Positions 40,160 through 49,974 of a stretch of DNA of 64,000 nt are shown in pieces (within the stretch, counting starts at the first letter, position 1; each line of letters opens with the position of its first letter). The notes under the pieces were generated by a model that saw nothing but the letters and a program-made list of their open reading frames with translations, searched no databases and was not told the origin of the DNA. Source of the DNA: Smithellaceae bacterium (GTDB lineage Bacteria > Desulfobacterota > Syntrophia > Syntrophales > Smithellaceae). The translations under genes and the position numbers were made by a program. Location of the stretch: NCBI GenBank assembly GCA_963667845.2, contig CAXXVL010000002.1, forward strand, positions 1,312,001-1,376,000, written 5' to 3'.

Positions 40160-40873
40160 ATGACTGATACTGTTAAATTTCAAGATGCGATCGGCATTGC
40201 ATATGAAGATATTGGTGAGACCGTGTCGTTGGGAAGTGGCAAAGCGTTAGGGCAGGAGTGCTACGGAACGTATGGAGCCAAATGGTTTATCAAAAAGCTA
40301 TACGGGAATAAGCCCTTTGGCCAGCTTCTCTTAGTCTCCGAAAATGGCGTTCTAATGATCGCTGATCCAATGCAAAATTCCGCCATTGCGCGATTTGTTG
40401 TCGAAGAATCGAAGACGCAGGATTTATCTTTCTGCATCGGATTGGTCGACGATCATGTCGAAGACAAGAATTATCGAGGTCGGAAGGGTCGAGCCGTCGT
40501 GCCTGGCCTGTGGATAAATGTGAAAATTCAGGATTCGACGAAAAAAGAAAAATGGCTGCCTTCGGAGGCTGAAGCGATTAGCTTTCTGAAGTCGCGGAAG
40601 ATGAAGCCACAAATTATTGTGAACGCTGTTTCCGAGCTCCAAGCCTACTGGTTATTCGAGAAACCATTTATTGTCAATAACCGCCCTACTGAGAATGAGA
40701 TATCGAAATTATCGAATGAATTCCAAAATACACTGATTGCCGAAGCGCAGCGTCATGGTTGGAAAATCGCTAACACCTCGTGCATTACAAACCGTCAACG
40801 AATTCCCGGCACGTGGAATAGATCACTTAATCCGCCGGCGCCGATAACCCTTTTGGAGGTGCAGAATATATGA
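40160..40873 (+). CDS. RepB'-like/AEP primase-domain protein, apparently degenerate
   Basis: GLWINVK, IIVN...LQAYWLF, RQRIPGTWN. Confidence 0.6.
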   Translation: MTDTVKFQDAIGIAYEDIGETVSLGSGKALGQECYGTYGAKWFIKKLYGNKPFGQLLLVSENGVLMIADPMQNSAIARFVVEESKTQDLSFCIGLVDDHVEDKNYRGRKGRAVVPGLWINVKIQDSTKKEKWLPSEAEAISFLKSRKMKPQIIVNAVSELQAYWLFEKPFIVNNRPTENEISKLSNEFQNTLIAEAQRHGWKIANTSCITNRQRIPGTWNRSLNPPAPITLLEVQNI

Positions 40874-42651
40874 GCGGTTATTCAACGACAGATTTTCAGG
40901 AGTTTATTGATATACCAATCAGTTCGTTTCCGGAAATTCAACGATCCAAGAAGTCAGGAATAGAGAAGCCCTCGGCCGCCATTGCCGGGAATGCGGACAA
41001 CCAAAAAAGACAGGAATCGATCTATGACGAGGAGGGTACTATTTCTGAAAACCGATCTTGCGACCTGAATCGGCGAACAGAAAAACTCGAGCCAAAGCGG
41101 GATGATATCCTTCCGGAAGTCCTCCTATTCAAGAACGGTACCGGTGTAACAATCGTTGAAACAGCAGAAAACTTCGGCAAATTATACGAAGAAAAAGAAG
41201 TGCTTTTCCGCAGGATATCGGCCGATGGCCATGAGCCGCAAGTTCAGACTGTAGCCAACGACAGAAGCCTAAGGATGTTGTCGGCAGCGCTGGCCTGCTC
41301 TGAATTTGAGAAAGTTGCCCGAATTACAACTTATAAAAATTATAAGACTGTCCATGCGGTCTTAACAGAAAATGACACAAAACGAATTTTATGTTGCCCA
41401 AATTTCATGAATAGGCTCCCGCCACTTCGAATGTTTGCAAAATGCCCTGTCATAATTGAGGCCGCAAACGGCGGTACCAGAATCATCAATACTTATGACC
41501 GGCGCACCGGAATATTTGCGATGGGCGAACGGCCGGCGGAAGTGGATGCTAATGAGGCAATTGAAATCATACTGTCGAGCATCGATGAATTTCATTTCAA
41601 ATCACCCGCAGATAAATCTCGCGCTTTAGCGAGTATTATCACGCCTGCCATTATTATGGGTGGAATTGCAAATTTTCGATCGCCCATCGATTTGTCCGAA
41701 GCGGACGACAGTCAGGCAGGAAAGGGATTTAGAACCAGAATAAACGCCGCCTATTATAATGAGACGCCGTATCCCATCAATCAGCATCGTGGTGGTGTGG
41801 GCGGCATGGGAGAAAGTTTCAACCAGGCATTGATTGAAGCAAGGATCTTCATCAATCTCGATAACCTTAAGCCGGTCAAAGGAGGCGTGTTTGATTCCGA
41901 GCCACTTTGCTCTTTTATGACGGAGGATAATTATTATGCTAGGATGCTTCGAAAGGGAATGTTCATCAATCCACGGCTGCATATCATTCAAATGACGACG
42001 AACGGTTGCACGCTGTCAAAAGACTTGATGAACCGTACCTCCCCGGTTGCTATATTGAAACGGAACGGGCACAGCTATAAAGAATTTCCAGAAGGCAGCA
42101 TCCTTGATCATGTCCGGCATAACCAATCAAAGTTTCTTGGCGCTGTCTTTTCGATCATAAGACCATGGGTCCTTGAGGGAAAGCCGAAAACATCGACTAC
42201 AGCACATGAAAGCTCATTTACGCCATGGGCCCAAAGTCTGGACTGGATTGTCCAAAATATCATGGGGCAGGCACCGCTTCTAGATGGATATGAACAAGTG
42301 CACAGTCGCATAACGTCACCGTATTTACAAAAATTACGAGACATCGCCCTGGCCGTTATCAAGGCCGGACGAGGAGAATGGATAACGGCGTCAGATATAA
42401 TTGAAACCGTTGGTCTTCACGGGATTGCGTTGCCAGGTGTTAAGCCCGGGTATGACTTTGAAGCGATGACAATGGATGAGAAGGAAAATGCGAGGAGGCA
42501 ACTGGGAAAGTCTTTTAAAAATGCGTTTGATAGTTACGGCAGCAGTGATGTTCTGATCCTCGACGGAATAAGAATTGCGCGGAAAGAAGAAACCAAAACG
42601 TATGTTGACAACACAACCAGGGATCTAAAATATTATAACTTTTCAGGCTAA
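40870..42651 (+). CDS. Primase-associated P-loop ATPase/helicase-like protein
   Basis: Walker A-like ADDSQAGKG, Walker B-like FINLDN, MTTN...DLMNR; ATGA overlap with the primase gene. Confidence 0.6.
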   Translation: MSGYSTTDFQEFIDIPISSFPEIQRSKKSGIEKPSAAIAGNADNQKRQESIYDEEGTISENRSCDLNRRTEKLEPKRDDILPEVLLFKNGTGVTIVETAENFGKLYEEKEVLFRRISADGHEPQVQTVANDRSLRMLSAALACSEFEKVARITTYKNYKTVHAVLTENDTKRILCCPNFMNRLPPLRMFAKCPVIIEAANGGTRIINTYDRRTGIFAMGERPAEVDANEAIEIILSSIDEFHFKSPADKSRALASIITPAIIMGGIANFRSPIDLSEADDSQAGKGFRTRINAAYYNETPYPINQHRGGVGGMGESFNQALIEARIFINLDNLKPVKGGVFDSEPLCSFMTEDNYYARMLRKGMFINPRLHIIQMTTNGCTLSKDLMNRTSPVAILKRNGHSYKEFPEGSILDHVRHNQSKFLGAVFSIIRPWVLEGKPKTSTTAHESSFTPWAQSLDWIVQNIMGQAPLLDGYEQVHSRITSPYLQKLRDIALAVIKAGRGEWITASDIIETVGLHGIALPGVKPGYDFEAMTMDEKENARRQLGKSFKNAFDSYGSSDVLILDGIRIARKEETKTYVDNTTRDLKYYNFSG

Positions 42652-42756
42652 GAACAATTTCTACCATTCGGTAAGAAGAACATAATTTCCATAAACGGGG
42701 ATCTGAGATATAAAGGATACCGCTGATTTAAAGAAAATTTCATCTGAATACAAAAA

Positions 42757-42810
42757 CAGCTCTGACAGAGCATGTTGTCAGAGCTATCCAATTCAATAGC
42801 TTTTTTTATT
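42757..42810. terminator. Hairpin between convergent genes
   Basis: AGCTCTGACA...TGTCAGAGCT followed by a T-rich tract. Confidence 0.5.
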
Positions 42811-43013
42811 TAGTCATGTAATTTACTGGCCGTTCGTATTAGCGATGAAATACTATTGACGGTGATATAATGCGAATGCGACTTTTTATCTTTATATTTC
42901 TTACTCCCCTTACCACAAGTAACCTTAGCTATCCATTGATCTAATTGATTACTTGGTTGACCTACTATTTCAGTCCTGCAAGCATCTTTGTCTTTATCAT
43001 ATATTTTATTCAT
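42810..43013 (-). CDS. Small basic hypothetical protein
   Basis: 67 aa ORF with GGGAG RBS, 16 bp downstream of the 2TM gene. Confidence 0.55.
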   Translation of the reverse strand: MNKIYDKDKDACRTEIVGQPSNQLDQWIAKVTCGKGSKKYKDKKSHSHYITVNSISSLIRTASKLHD

Positions 43014-43029
43014 TTGTTTTTCTCCCGCT

Positions 43030-43995
43030 CTAGGCTTCCTTACTACTAATTTGTTTTTTTAGTTGATTAAGAAAAACATAAAGCAAATCTGCAAACGACA
43101 AACCTAATTCCGGACCATATCTATGATTAAATACTTTTGTACTGTTACAGTATATACACAAAAAACCCCAAAAATCCCACCCATTACCATTCGTGCTTTT
43201 GCCGCTATTTGAGCCAGATACTGGTGGTTCTGCATCGCCGATAAATCTAATCGGCAGAATAAGACAACTTCTGAAATTAAGGGGCCACCGAGTGACAAAC
43301 GAGAAGAGACCTAAGAACGTCACCAATTCTGGTTCTCCCACGTCTTTAATTTTAAAATAAGAATGTTGATATTTACGCGCTTTCCATTCTTTCCTTACGT
43401 TATTACACAGGTAATATCTACTACATCCATTAATAGAATACCACAAATTTTTAAAGTCAGTATTGTCGTCTATATAGTGTTTAAAGTTATCTCTCTTTGA
43501 CATTCTGTCAATAACATCATCTGCCAGAAAATCTTTATTAACAGATACAACTTCAAAGCTACCATTATTCGTCGGTCTCATTTCTTCTAGAACGCATGTG
43601 CATGTCTTCCCGGTTAGAATTGAAAAGCTAGTTGCGATAGCAAATAAAATTTCCTGAATTCTGTTATCAATATCTTGAGGTTTATTATTTTGAATATACG
43701 CTAATGTGTCTCGAATGAGGTGATTGACAAAATGAACGAAATAAACAGTTTCTGCATAACGATGTAATTTCAGTCTCTCTCTTATGTATATATACCCTAT
43801 TAACAATAGCACGATAATACATAGAAATATTTCAAATACATATTCTGAAAAAATTTTACCTTCTCTGCCAAAGACGAAACCAAGGAATATGGCGAGGAGC
43901 GATGCAGTTGTACCGATTATCGTGTATATTTTTAAGACGTTTAGGCTTTTAATTTTAGGTAACTGATCTTTATACAGCGCAATTTTTGCTGACAT
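43030..43995 (-). CDS. Hypothetical protein with 2 N-terminal TM helices and a GAF-like domain
   Basis: Two hydrophobic segments; RSCLILPIR...WGFLCIYC resembles GAF C-terminal strands; very AT-rich. Confidence 0.7.
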   Translation of the reverse strand: MSAKIALYKDQLPKIKSLNVLKIYTIIGTTASLLAIFLGFVFGREGKIFSEYVFEIFLCIIVLLLIGYIYIRERLKLHRYAETVYFVHFVNHLIRDTLAYIQNNKPQDIDNRIQEILFAIATSFSILTGKTCTCVLEEMRPTNNGSFEVVSVNKDFLADDVIDRMSKRDNFKHYIDDNTDFKNLWYSINGCSRYYLCNNVRKEWKARKYQHSYFKIKDVGEPELVTFLGLFSFVTRWPLNFRSCLILPIRFIGDAEPPVSGSNSGKSTNGNGWDFWGFLCIYCNSTKVFNHRYGPELGLSFADLLYVFLNQLKKQISSKEA

Positions 43996-44133
43996 TAATA
44001 CGTTTACCTTATTCGATTATCAAATTAAGTGCGCTGTGTATTATTATATTTTATTTTATTTATCAACGAATTTATTGATTGTTTTTCAAACTTCTTCCAT
44101 TTTAAACTTTTAATGAATTGATCTCCCCTCGAC

Positions 44134-44325
44134 CTTGTAACTGGAATTTCAGGCGGTGATTCGATTCAAATATTGATACCGGAACAGACCAACTCAAAGT
44201 CAGGCTATACGGCATCGATGCCCAGGAAACGCCAACGATGATCGGTCAGAGCCGCCGAGTCAATAAACCGGGGCACTGCCCCTATGGCGAAGAATCTTGG
44301 AAGGCTCCGGAGCGCAAAGTAAGTG
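44134..44325 (+). pseudogene. Thermonuclease (SNase-like) remnant
   Basis: LVTGISGGDSIQI, a frameshift near 44191, then LKVRLYGIDAQETP...PYGEESWKA; no start codon or C-terminus. Confidence 0.7.
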
Positions 44326-44613
44326 TGAGGAATAAATATAGATGATTGCATGATTGATTTCTTATTACTTGATTGTGGCGGTGTGTCAGGAGAAGAACGG
44401 GGAGAAGGCTTTAAGATAATCGCTGTAGTAAGTGACCTTGATGGCGACAATTTCATTCAAACAGCTGTCGACCTGATTCATGAGCGTAGTTATATTGCGG
44501 TAATAAGTTCTGAACGCTACTTTTGGAATGCTCTGAGAAGAAGTGCTGGGATCAAAGTCGATAACGCATTTCTAATGCATGAACTATGTCCATTTTGGAT
44601 GGACAGAATATTC

Positions 44614-44642
44614 TTGACACAGAAGTCTGCACTTCCTATACT
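44614..44642 (+). promoter_or_regulatory. Near-consensus sigma70 promoter of the AAA+/S8 operon
   Basis: TTGACA-17 bp-TATACT. Confidence 0.7.
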
Positions 44643-44748
44643 GCACATAACTTGTAACTAAAAGACAGTTCTTGTCGAATTTAATAACTTCTGTGCCCAA
44701 GATTCACGAGTGGCGACGTAAACCATTATTCAATCGGAGGAGGAAACG

Positions 44749-45720
44749 ATGGCCACTGCGGAACAAATAAAATCTCTGATACGCTCTCACCTTAACGATG
44801 ATCCTGAGCGATTCTATTCAATCGCCCTTCAATTGGCAGCTCACGAAGCCAAGCAGGGGCATATCGCACTAGCGCACGATATTCGCGATATTGTCGAAAA
44901 GGCACGTAGGGCCAAAGGAGCGGTAGTCCTTCGGTTCCCTAGGGACATGCTGGGCCTAGTGATATCGGAAAATCCGGAAGTTTCCATGTCAGCCCTCGTT
45001 ATTCCCATGGTTCTTGAAGAGCGTATCGCAAGAATCATCCATGAATACCGTCAACAGAACAAACTCAAATCTCACGGACTGACCCATCGACGCAAAATAT
45101 TGCTCATTGGGCCTCCCGGCACCGGAAAAACCATGACTGCCAAAGTGTTGGCACATGAGCTCAATTTGCCATTGCATACAATTCAGGTTGATCGCTTGGT
45201 GACCAAATTCATGGGAGAAACCAGCGCCAAGCTCCGCCAGATATTCGACCTCATTCAAAATGAAGTAGGTGTGTATCTTTTTGACGAATTCGATGCCATT
45301 GGCGGAGAGCGTTTATTAGAAAACGATGTGGGGGAAATGCGCCGTGTATTGAATGCATTCCTGCAATTTATCGAGCAGGATTCATCCGACAGTGTTGTGG
45401 TCGCGGCAACTAATAGTCCGAAGCTGCTGGATCGTGCGCTTTTCCGCAGATTCGATGATGTTCTATACTACGGGCAACCGTCTGACGAAGAGCGCAAACG
45501 TCTGATTGAGAATATCTTGGGCTCCTATTTGGCGACTTGTATTGAATGGAAACAGGTGATTTCAGACAGTAGTGGTTTAAGCCACGCAGAAATCGATCAA
45601 GCCTGTCGCGATGCCATCAAGAAAGCGATACTATCTGAAAAAACCAAGGTGAAAGTGAATGAACTGTGTTCTGCGCTGAATGAACGATCAGATGCGCACA
45701 GAGGAATTGGGGGGCGATAA
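44749..45720 (+). CDS. ietA: AAA+ ATPase, IetA-like
   Basis: GPPGTGKT, LFDEFD, ATN...LDRALFRRFD; directly upstream of the S8 protease. Confidence 0.85.
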   Translation: MATAEQIKSLIRSHLNDDPERFYSIALQLAAHEAKQGHIALAHDIRDIVEKARRAKGAVVLRFPRDMLGLVISENPEVSMSALVIPMVLEERIARIIHEYRQQNKLKSHGLTHRRKILLIGPPGTGKTMTAKVLAHELNLPLHTIQVDRLVTKFMGETSAKLRQIFDLIQNEVGVYLFDEFDAIGGERLLENDVGEMRRVLNAFLQFIEQDSSDSVVVAATNSPKLLDRALFRRFDDVLYYGQPSDEERKRLIENILGSYLATCIEWKQVISDSSGLSHAEIDQACRDAIKKAILSEKTKVKVNELCSALNERSDAHRGIGGR

Positions 45721-45723
45721 TAA

Positions 45724-48243
45724 GTGGCGGACTTTCGGCTCCCACACATCCTCATTCGAGAACAACCGGAAAACAGTGACTTCACCAGCACCCGATCCAT
45801 TGGTGGACAAAAACAAATTCCTGAGCGTCCTCGTGACATTCACAGTGCTTACTTGAAAAGCAGACTTCAGCAGGCTTGGCTGGATGCTAAAAACGAGCGC
45901 GCCGTGACCCATGTCGAACGTAACGGTGTTTACATCGAATTCAAAAGCGATCCCGGCGCTGATCTGATTATAAAAAGCCTCGAAGAGATGAAATCCAAGA
46001 AGATTCGCCTGCTCAATGTTCGCACAGAGAAGGAGACGGTTACCAATGAAATTACCAATGAGCCGGAAGAAGTGGTTACTACCTTTGCAACAGTTTTTGT
46101 CGCTAACGAAAAAGAAGATTACTTTTTAAGGAAAATCGAGGAATATGCGGAAAGGGACACCCCCAAAGGATTACCGAAAAATGCTGATCTGATTAACAGC
46201 ATCGCGGATATCAAAAAAGCATTAGCGATTGATTCATTCTGGCAAGATGACAGATCGTTGATTCCTGACGACAGCCCCCAATGGTGCGAGATTTGGCTGA
46301 GTAACGATACGAATGAGACCGTAGTCCGCTTTGACGAACTCCTAAACAGTTTACAACTTCAATCAAAGACAGGTGTTATCCGATTTCCGGAACGTACCGT
46401 TAAGGTCGTCTTTGCAAGTAGAGACCAGTTGGCGCAGCTTTCCCTTTCATCTGATGACATCGCCGAATATCGCTTAGCTAAAAGCACCGCCGAGTTCTGG
46501 ACAAGTTTGCGGAACAAAGGTCAGGTCGATTGGGTGAAAGACCTGGTTAACCGCACTCAATATGAGCAAATATCCGACGTCTCAGTGTGTATCTTGGATA
46601 CCGGCGTGAACAATGGGCATCCCCTCCTTTCGCCAATCCTAAACGATGACGACTGCCAGTCGGTGGATCCGGCTTGGGGAACCCACGACCACGACAAACA
46701 CGGTACGTTGATGGCGGGAGCTGCCGTCTATGGCGACCTCGTCACAGCACTATCGAGTAGCGGGCCTATCAACGTAAAACACTGTCTTGAATCGGTCAAG
46801 ATTCTTCCGCCGAATAGGTCCAGTCCTACCGACCTATGGGGATATATAACATCGCAAGCCATCAGCCTTGCCGAGATCCAAGCACCCGCAAGAAAGCGAA
46901 TCCATTGCATGGCCGTGGCTGCTATGGATACACGCGACCGTGGGCGCCCGAGCTCCTGGTCAGGGCAACTAGATCAGATCACGGCCGGGACCGATGATGA
47001 TACCAGAAGACTTCTGATCGTAAGTGCCGGCAACTCAGACCCGGCAAGGCGAGCACAATATCCGGATTCTCAGATCGCGGACTCGATCCATGATCCGGGT
47101 CAATCCTGGAATGCGCTGACGGTTGGTGCATATACAGATCTGGACACAATTCTGGAACCAACGCTTCTAGGTTACATGCCAGTTGCTCCCAAGAGTGGGC
47201 TCTCTCCTTTTTCAACGACATCCTTCTGCTGGGAAGATAACAAGTGGCCGATCAAGCCGGAAATTGTTCTGGAAGGTGGCAATTTGGCGCGTGATGGCAG
47301 TGGCTTTGTGACTGAGTGTGACGATTTATCGCTCCTTTCAACCTTCTATGATCCGCAGACAAGCCATTTTTACCCATTTAACATGACCAGCGCCGCCGCT
47401 GCACAGGCATCCTGGATGGCTGCCCATATTCAAACGCAATATCCGAATTTCTGGCCGGAAACAATTCGTGCATTGCTGGTGCATTCCGCCAATTGGCCGG
47501 ATGGCCTTTGGCAACAGCTCAGTGGCGATGGGTCGAAAACCGCGATCAAGAGAATGATGAGCATATGTGGTTACGGCGTGCCGAACCTGGAGCGGGCACT
47601 ATTCAGTGCATCGAATTCCTTGACCCTTATCGCGCAGGCTGAGCTTCAGCCCTTTGACAAAAAAATAGATGAGGCGGGCAACGCGAAATCGGGATACCGA
47701 ACCAAGGATATGCACCTTTATGAGTTGCCGTGGCCCAAAGAGGTGCTGCGCAGCTTGCCGGATGGTACGGAAGTGGAGATGAAAGTTACGCTATCTTATT
47801 TCATCGAGCCCGGTCCCGGTGAGATTGGGTGGCAGGACCGATATCGCTATGCGTCCCATGCACTGCGCTTCGAGTTGAAATCTCCCACTGAGACAAAAGA
47901 ACAGTTTGTAAAGCGCATCAATAAAGCGGCCAGGGAAGAGGAAGAAGGGCATCCCGGCACACAAAGCCCTTCCGACCACTGGAAGATCGGCCAGGCTCGC
48001 GACCGAGGCTCTATCCATTCAGACATCTGGCAAGGTACAGCCCAACAGCTTGCGGACTCTAATATTATTGCAGTTTCACCTCGTATTGGCTGGTGGAGGG
48101 AGCGCGCCTATCTTGGCAGGTGGAATCGCCAAGCACGGTATTCTCTGGTTGTGTCAATCACAACTCCAGAAGAGCGCATCGACGTGTACACGCCGGTCGC
48201 CATTCAGGTCGGTATAGCTGTGCCGATCGAAATAACGACTTAA
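45724..48243 (+). CDS. ietS: S8 subtilase-family serine protease, IetS/Y4bN-like
   Basis: ILDTG, HGTLMAG, SAGN, MTSAA catalytic motifs; no signal peptide. Confidence 0.85.
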   Translation: MADFRLPHILIREQPENSDFTSTRSIGGQKQIPERPRDIHSAYLKSRLQQAWLDAKNERAVTHVERNGVYIEFKSDPGADLIIKSLEEMKSKKIRLLNVRTEKETVTNEITNEPEEVVTTFATVFVANEKEDYFLRKIEEYAERDTPKGLPKNADLINSIADIKKALAIDSFWQDDRSLIPDDSPQWCEIWLSNDTNETVVRFDELLNSLQLQSKTGVIRFPERTVKVVFASRDQLAQLSLSSDDIAEYRLAKSTAEFWTSLRNKGQVDWVKDLVNRTQYEQISDVSVCILDTGVNNGHPLLSPILNDDDCQSVDPAWGTHDHDKHGTLMAGAAVYGDLVTALSSSGPINVKHCLESVKILPPNRSSPTDLWGYITSQAISLAEIQAPARKRIHCMAVAAMDTRDRGRPSSWSGQLDQITAGTDDDTRRLLIVSAGNSDPARRAQYPDSQIADSIHDPGQSWNALTVGAYTDLDTILEPTLLGYMPVAPKSGLSPFSTTSFCWEDNKWPIKPEIVLEGGNLARDGSGFVTECDDLSLLSTFYDPQTSHFYPFNMTSAAAAQASWMAAHIQTQYPNFWPETIRALLVHSANWPDGLWQQLSGDGSKTAIKRMMSICGYGVPNLERALFSASNSLTLIAQAELQPFDKKIDEAGNAKSGYRTKDMHLYELPWPKEVLRSLPDGTEVEMKVTLSYFIEPGPGEIGWQDRYRYASHALRFELKSPTETKEQFVKRINKAAREEEEGHPGTQSPSDHWKIGQARDRGSIHSDIWQGTAQQLADSNIIAVSPRIGWWRERAYLGRWNRQARYSLVVSITTPEERIDVYTPVAIQVGIAVPIEITT

Positions 48244-48520
48244 ATGGGCGGGTGACGTTGACTACGGAGCAGGTCTCGTATTGAAGGCAATATCAATACC
48301 GTATACCACATAGGTTAAGCGGTAATCATTATAATCATAAGCCGATAATTATTGATGAGTCGGGTGATGTGAACTCCCCTGGCGGCGCTAATCATACCTT
48401 TTTTGCCCCTTGTAGATTCTGTGGAGAGCAAACATTACATGGAAGAATGACTATCAAGATGAACGCTTGCTTTTATTTTTCTTGAAGACGATCATTATTA
48501 GATTATGGGATCAAATGTTT

Positions 48521-48931
48521 TTACGAGCGTTCAACATCTTCTTTTTTTTGATCCGTATTAATAGAACGAAACGCATCTCCTTTTTGTGATCGGTTATGAA
48601 CGGTTGTTATTATCAGATCCGTCAAACGTTCTTTACTCTTCCATTTTAAAGCCAGCCGGGATCTATCCATTCCATGTTCTGCAATAATGTCCTTCAACTC
48701 ATTGATTGATAATTCACTAAGGCGCGCCTTAAGGGCATCAGGCTGATCACTGTAAACGAGCATTGGATCAAATGGCCCTGGTTTTCTTCGGTGCGTACGT
48801 ATTGGTTTCTCAGAATCAAAATCAGTTTCCTTTTTAATACATCCGATTATACGATCTCGAAAAGCACCGTTAGTTTCCATTTCTCTGAGCATTTCTTGAA
48901 AAATGTTCTTAAGGATTCTCTCTATCTTCAT
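48521..48931 (-). CDS. Hypothetical helical protein coupled to the ParA gene
   Basis: 136 aa; TAATG stop/start overlap; LSELSINELKDII...RSQKGDAF. Confidence 0.8.
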   Translation of the reverse strand: MKIERILKNIFQEMLREMETNGAFRDRIIGCIKKETDFDSEKPIRTHRRKPGPFDPMLVYSDQPDALKARLSELSINELKDIIAEHGMDRSRLALKWKSKERLTDLIITTVHNRSQKGDAFRSINTDQKKEDVERS

Positions 48932-49962
48932 TATCCTGCAACCTCCATAATCTCTTTAGCAAGATTATAAAATAGATCATATCTTCCGCCGTAGCCATAT
49001 TTCTGCCGCAAAGTATTAACCGGTTCATATTCTGCTGCCGCACCGATGGCATCAGCTTGAGGAATTACTGTTCCAAATATTTCTGGATACTTTGCTCTAT
49101 CCTCTCGAAGGTGTCTTAAAGTCCGTCCGTGTAAGGGCGATACGGCCTGATACTTTGTTACAATAATCCCATATGGATATATGGGCTCACCTATCGTTTT
49201 TGCAAAAGAATCTATCCTCGTGATAATTTGGGGTATTCCGTAAGTAGATAAAACATCAGGAATAGTGGGAATAATGTATCCATTTGAGATTCGCAAACCA
49301 TTTAATGTTATCAAACCTAAATTTGGAGGGCAGTCAATTAAAACATAATCGTATTCTTCGAGAATTGGTTTAACCGCCCTCCGTAAAACCTCTGTTGGAT
49401 TGTTTGCATAAAAACGACCACTGGGCATGGTCCCAAGTTGATCTTGAATATCGATAAGGTCAATACTGGATGGAATAAGATCCAGCGTTCTTACGTCACG
49501 TACATTAGAGACGCCTTTTTGTAAAGTTTTCTCCAATATAAAATTATTTGTTTCGTTTATTGCATCTTTAAACAATGTGGCAAGCGTAAAACCTCTTTTA
49601 TTAAGAATATCCCATTTTTCTTCACCAATAAGCATCGTGGTTGCATTAGTCTGTGGATCGAGGTCAATTATCAAAACACGCTTACGAAAAGCCTCGGAAA
49701 GCATTTCACCAATAGCTACTGTCGTTGTTGTTTTTGCCACACCGCCTTTTAAATTGATTGTCGAAATTACGGTACTCATGTTACTCCTCCTTTTCTTCAG
49801 CCATTTGCGAATTTGGTCAACATTAAATGCCGGGCCAGATTTCAAATCTAAGACAGGCTTCGGGAAATCAGCATGCCTTGAACGCCAATTTACAACAGCG
49901 GCCGGCGTAACTCTTGCCATCTGAGCAATTTCATAAATTCCTACTATATCTTGATTTTCCAT
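48931..49962 (-). CDS. ParA/MinD-family ATPase with N-terminal AlpA/Xis-like HTH
   Basis: KGGVAKTT, IDLDPQTN, IDCPP; N-terminal EIAQMARVTPAAVVNWRSRHADFPKP. Confidence 0.9.
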   Translation of the reverse strand: MENQDIVGIYEIAQMARVTPAAVVNWRSRHADFPKPVLDLKSGPAFNVDQIRKWLKKRRSNMSTVISTINLKGGVAKTTTTVAIGEMLSEAFRKRVLIIDLDPQTNATTMLIGEEKWDILNKRGFTLATLFKDAINETNNFILEKTLQKGVSNVRDVRTLDLIPSSIDLIDIQDQLGTMPSGRFYANNPTEVLRRAVKPILEEYDYVLIDCPPNLGLITLNGLRISNGYIIPTIPDVLSTYGIPQIITRIDSFAKTIGEPIYPYGIIVTKYQAVSPLHGRTLRHLREDRAKYPEIFGTVIPQADAIGAAAEYEPVNTLRQKYGYGGRYDLFYNLAKEIMEVAG

Positions 49963-49974
49963 GATCCTCCTCAG

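Noticed and set aside
44350..44661. 103-aa plus-strand ORF
   Set aside because: No clear RBS or motifs, and it runs through the IetAS promoter
48931..49962. Classical parABS partition locus
   Set aside because: No ParB-like partner or centromere repeats seen; reported as an uncharacterised module instead
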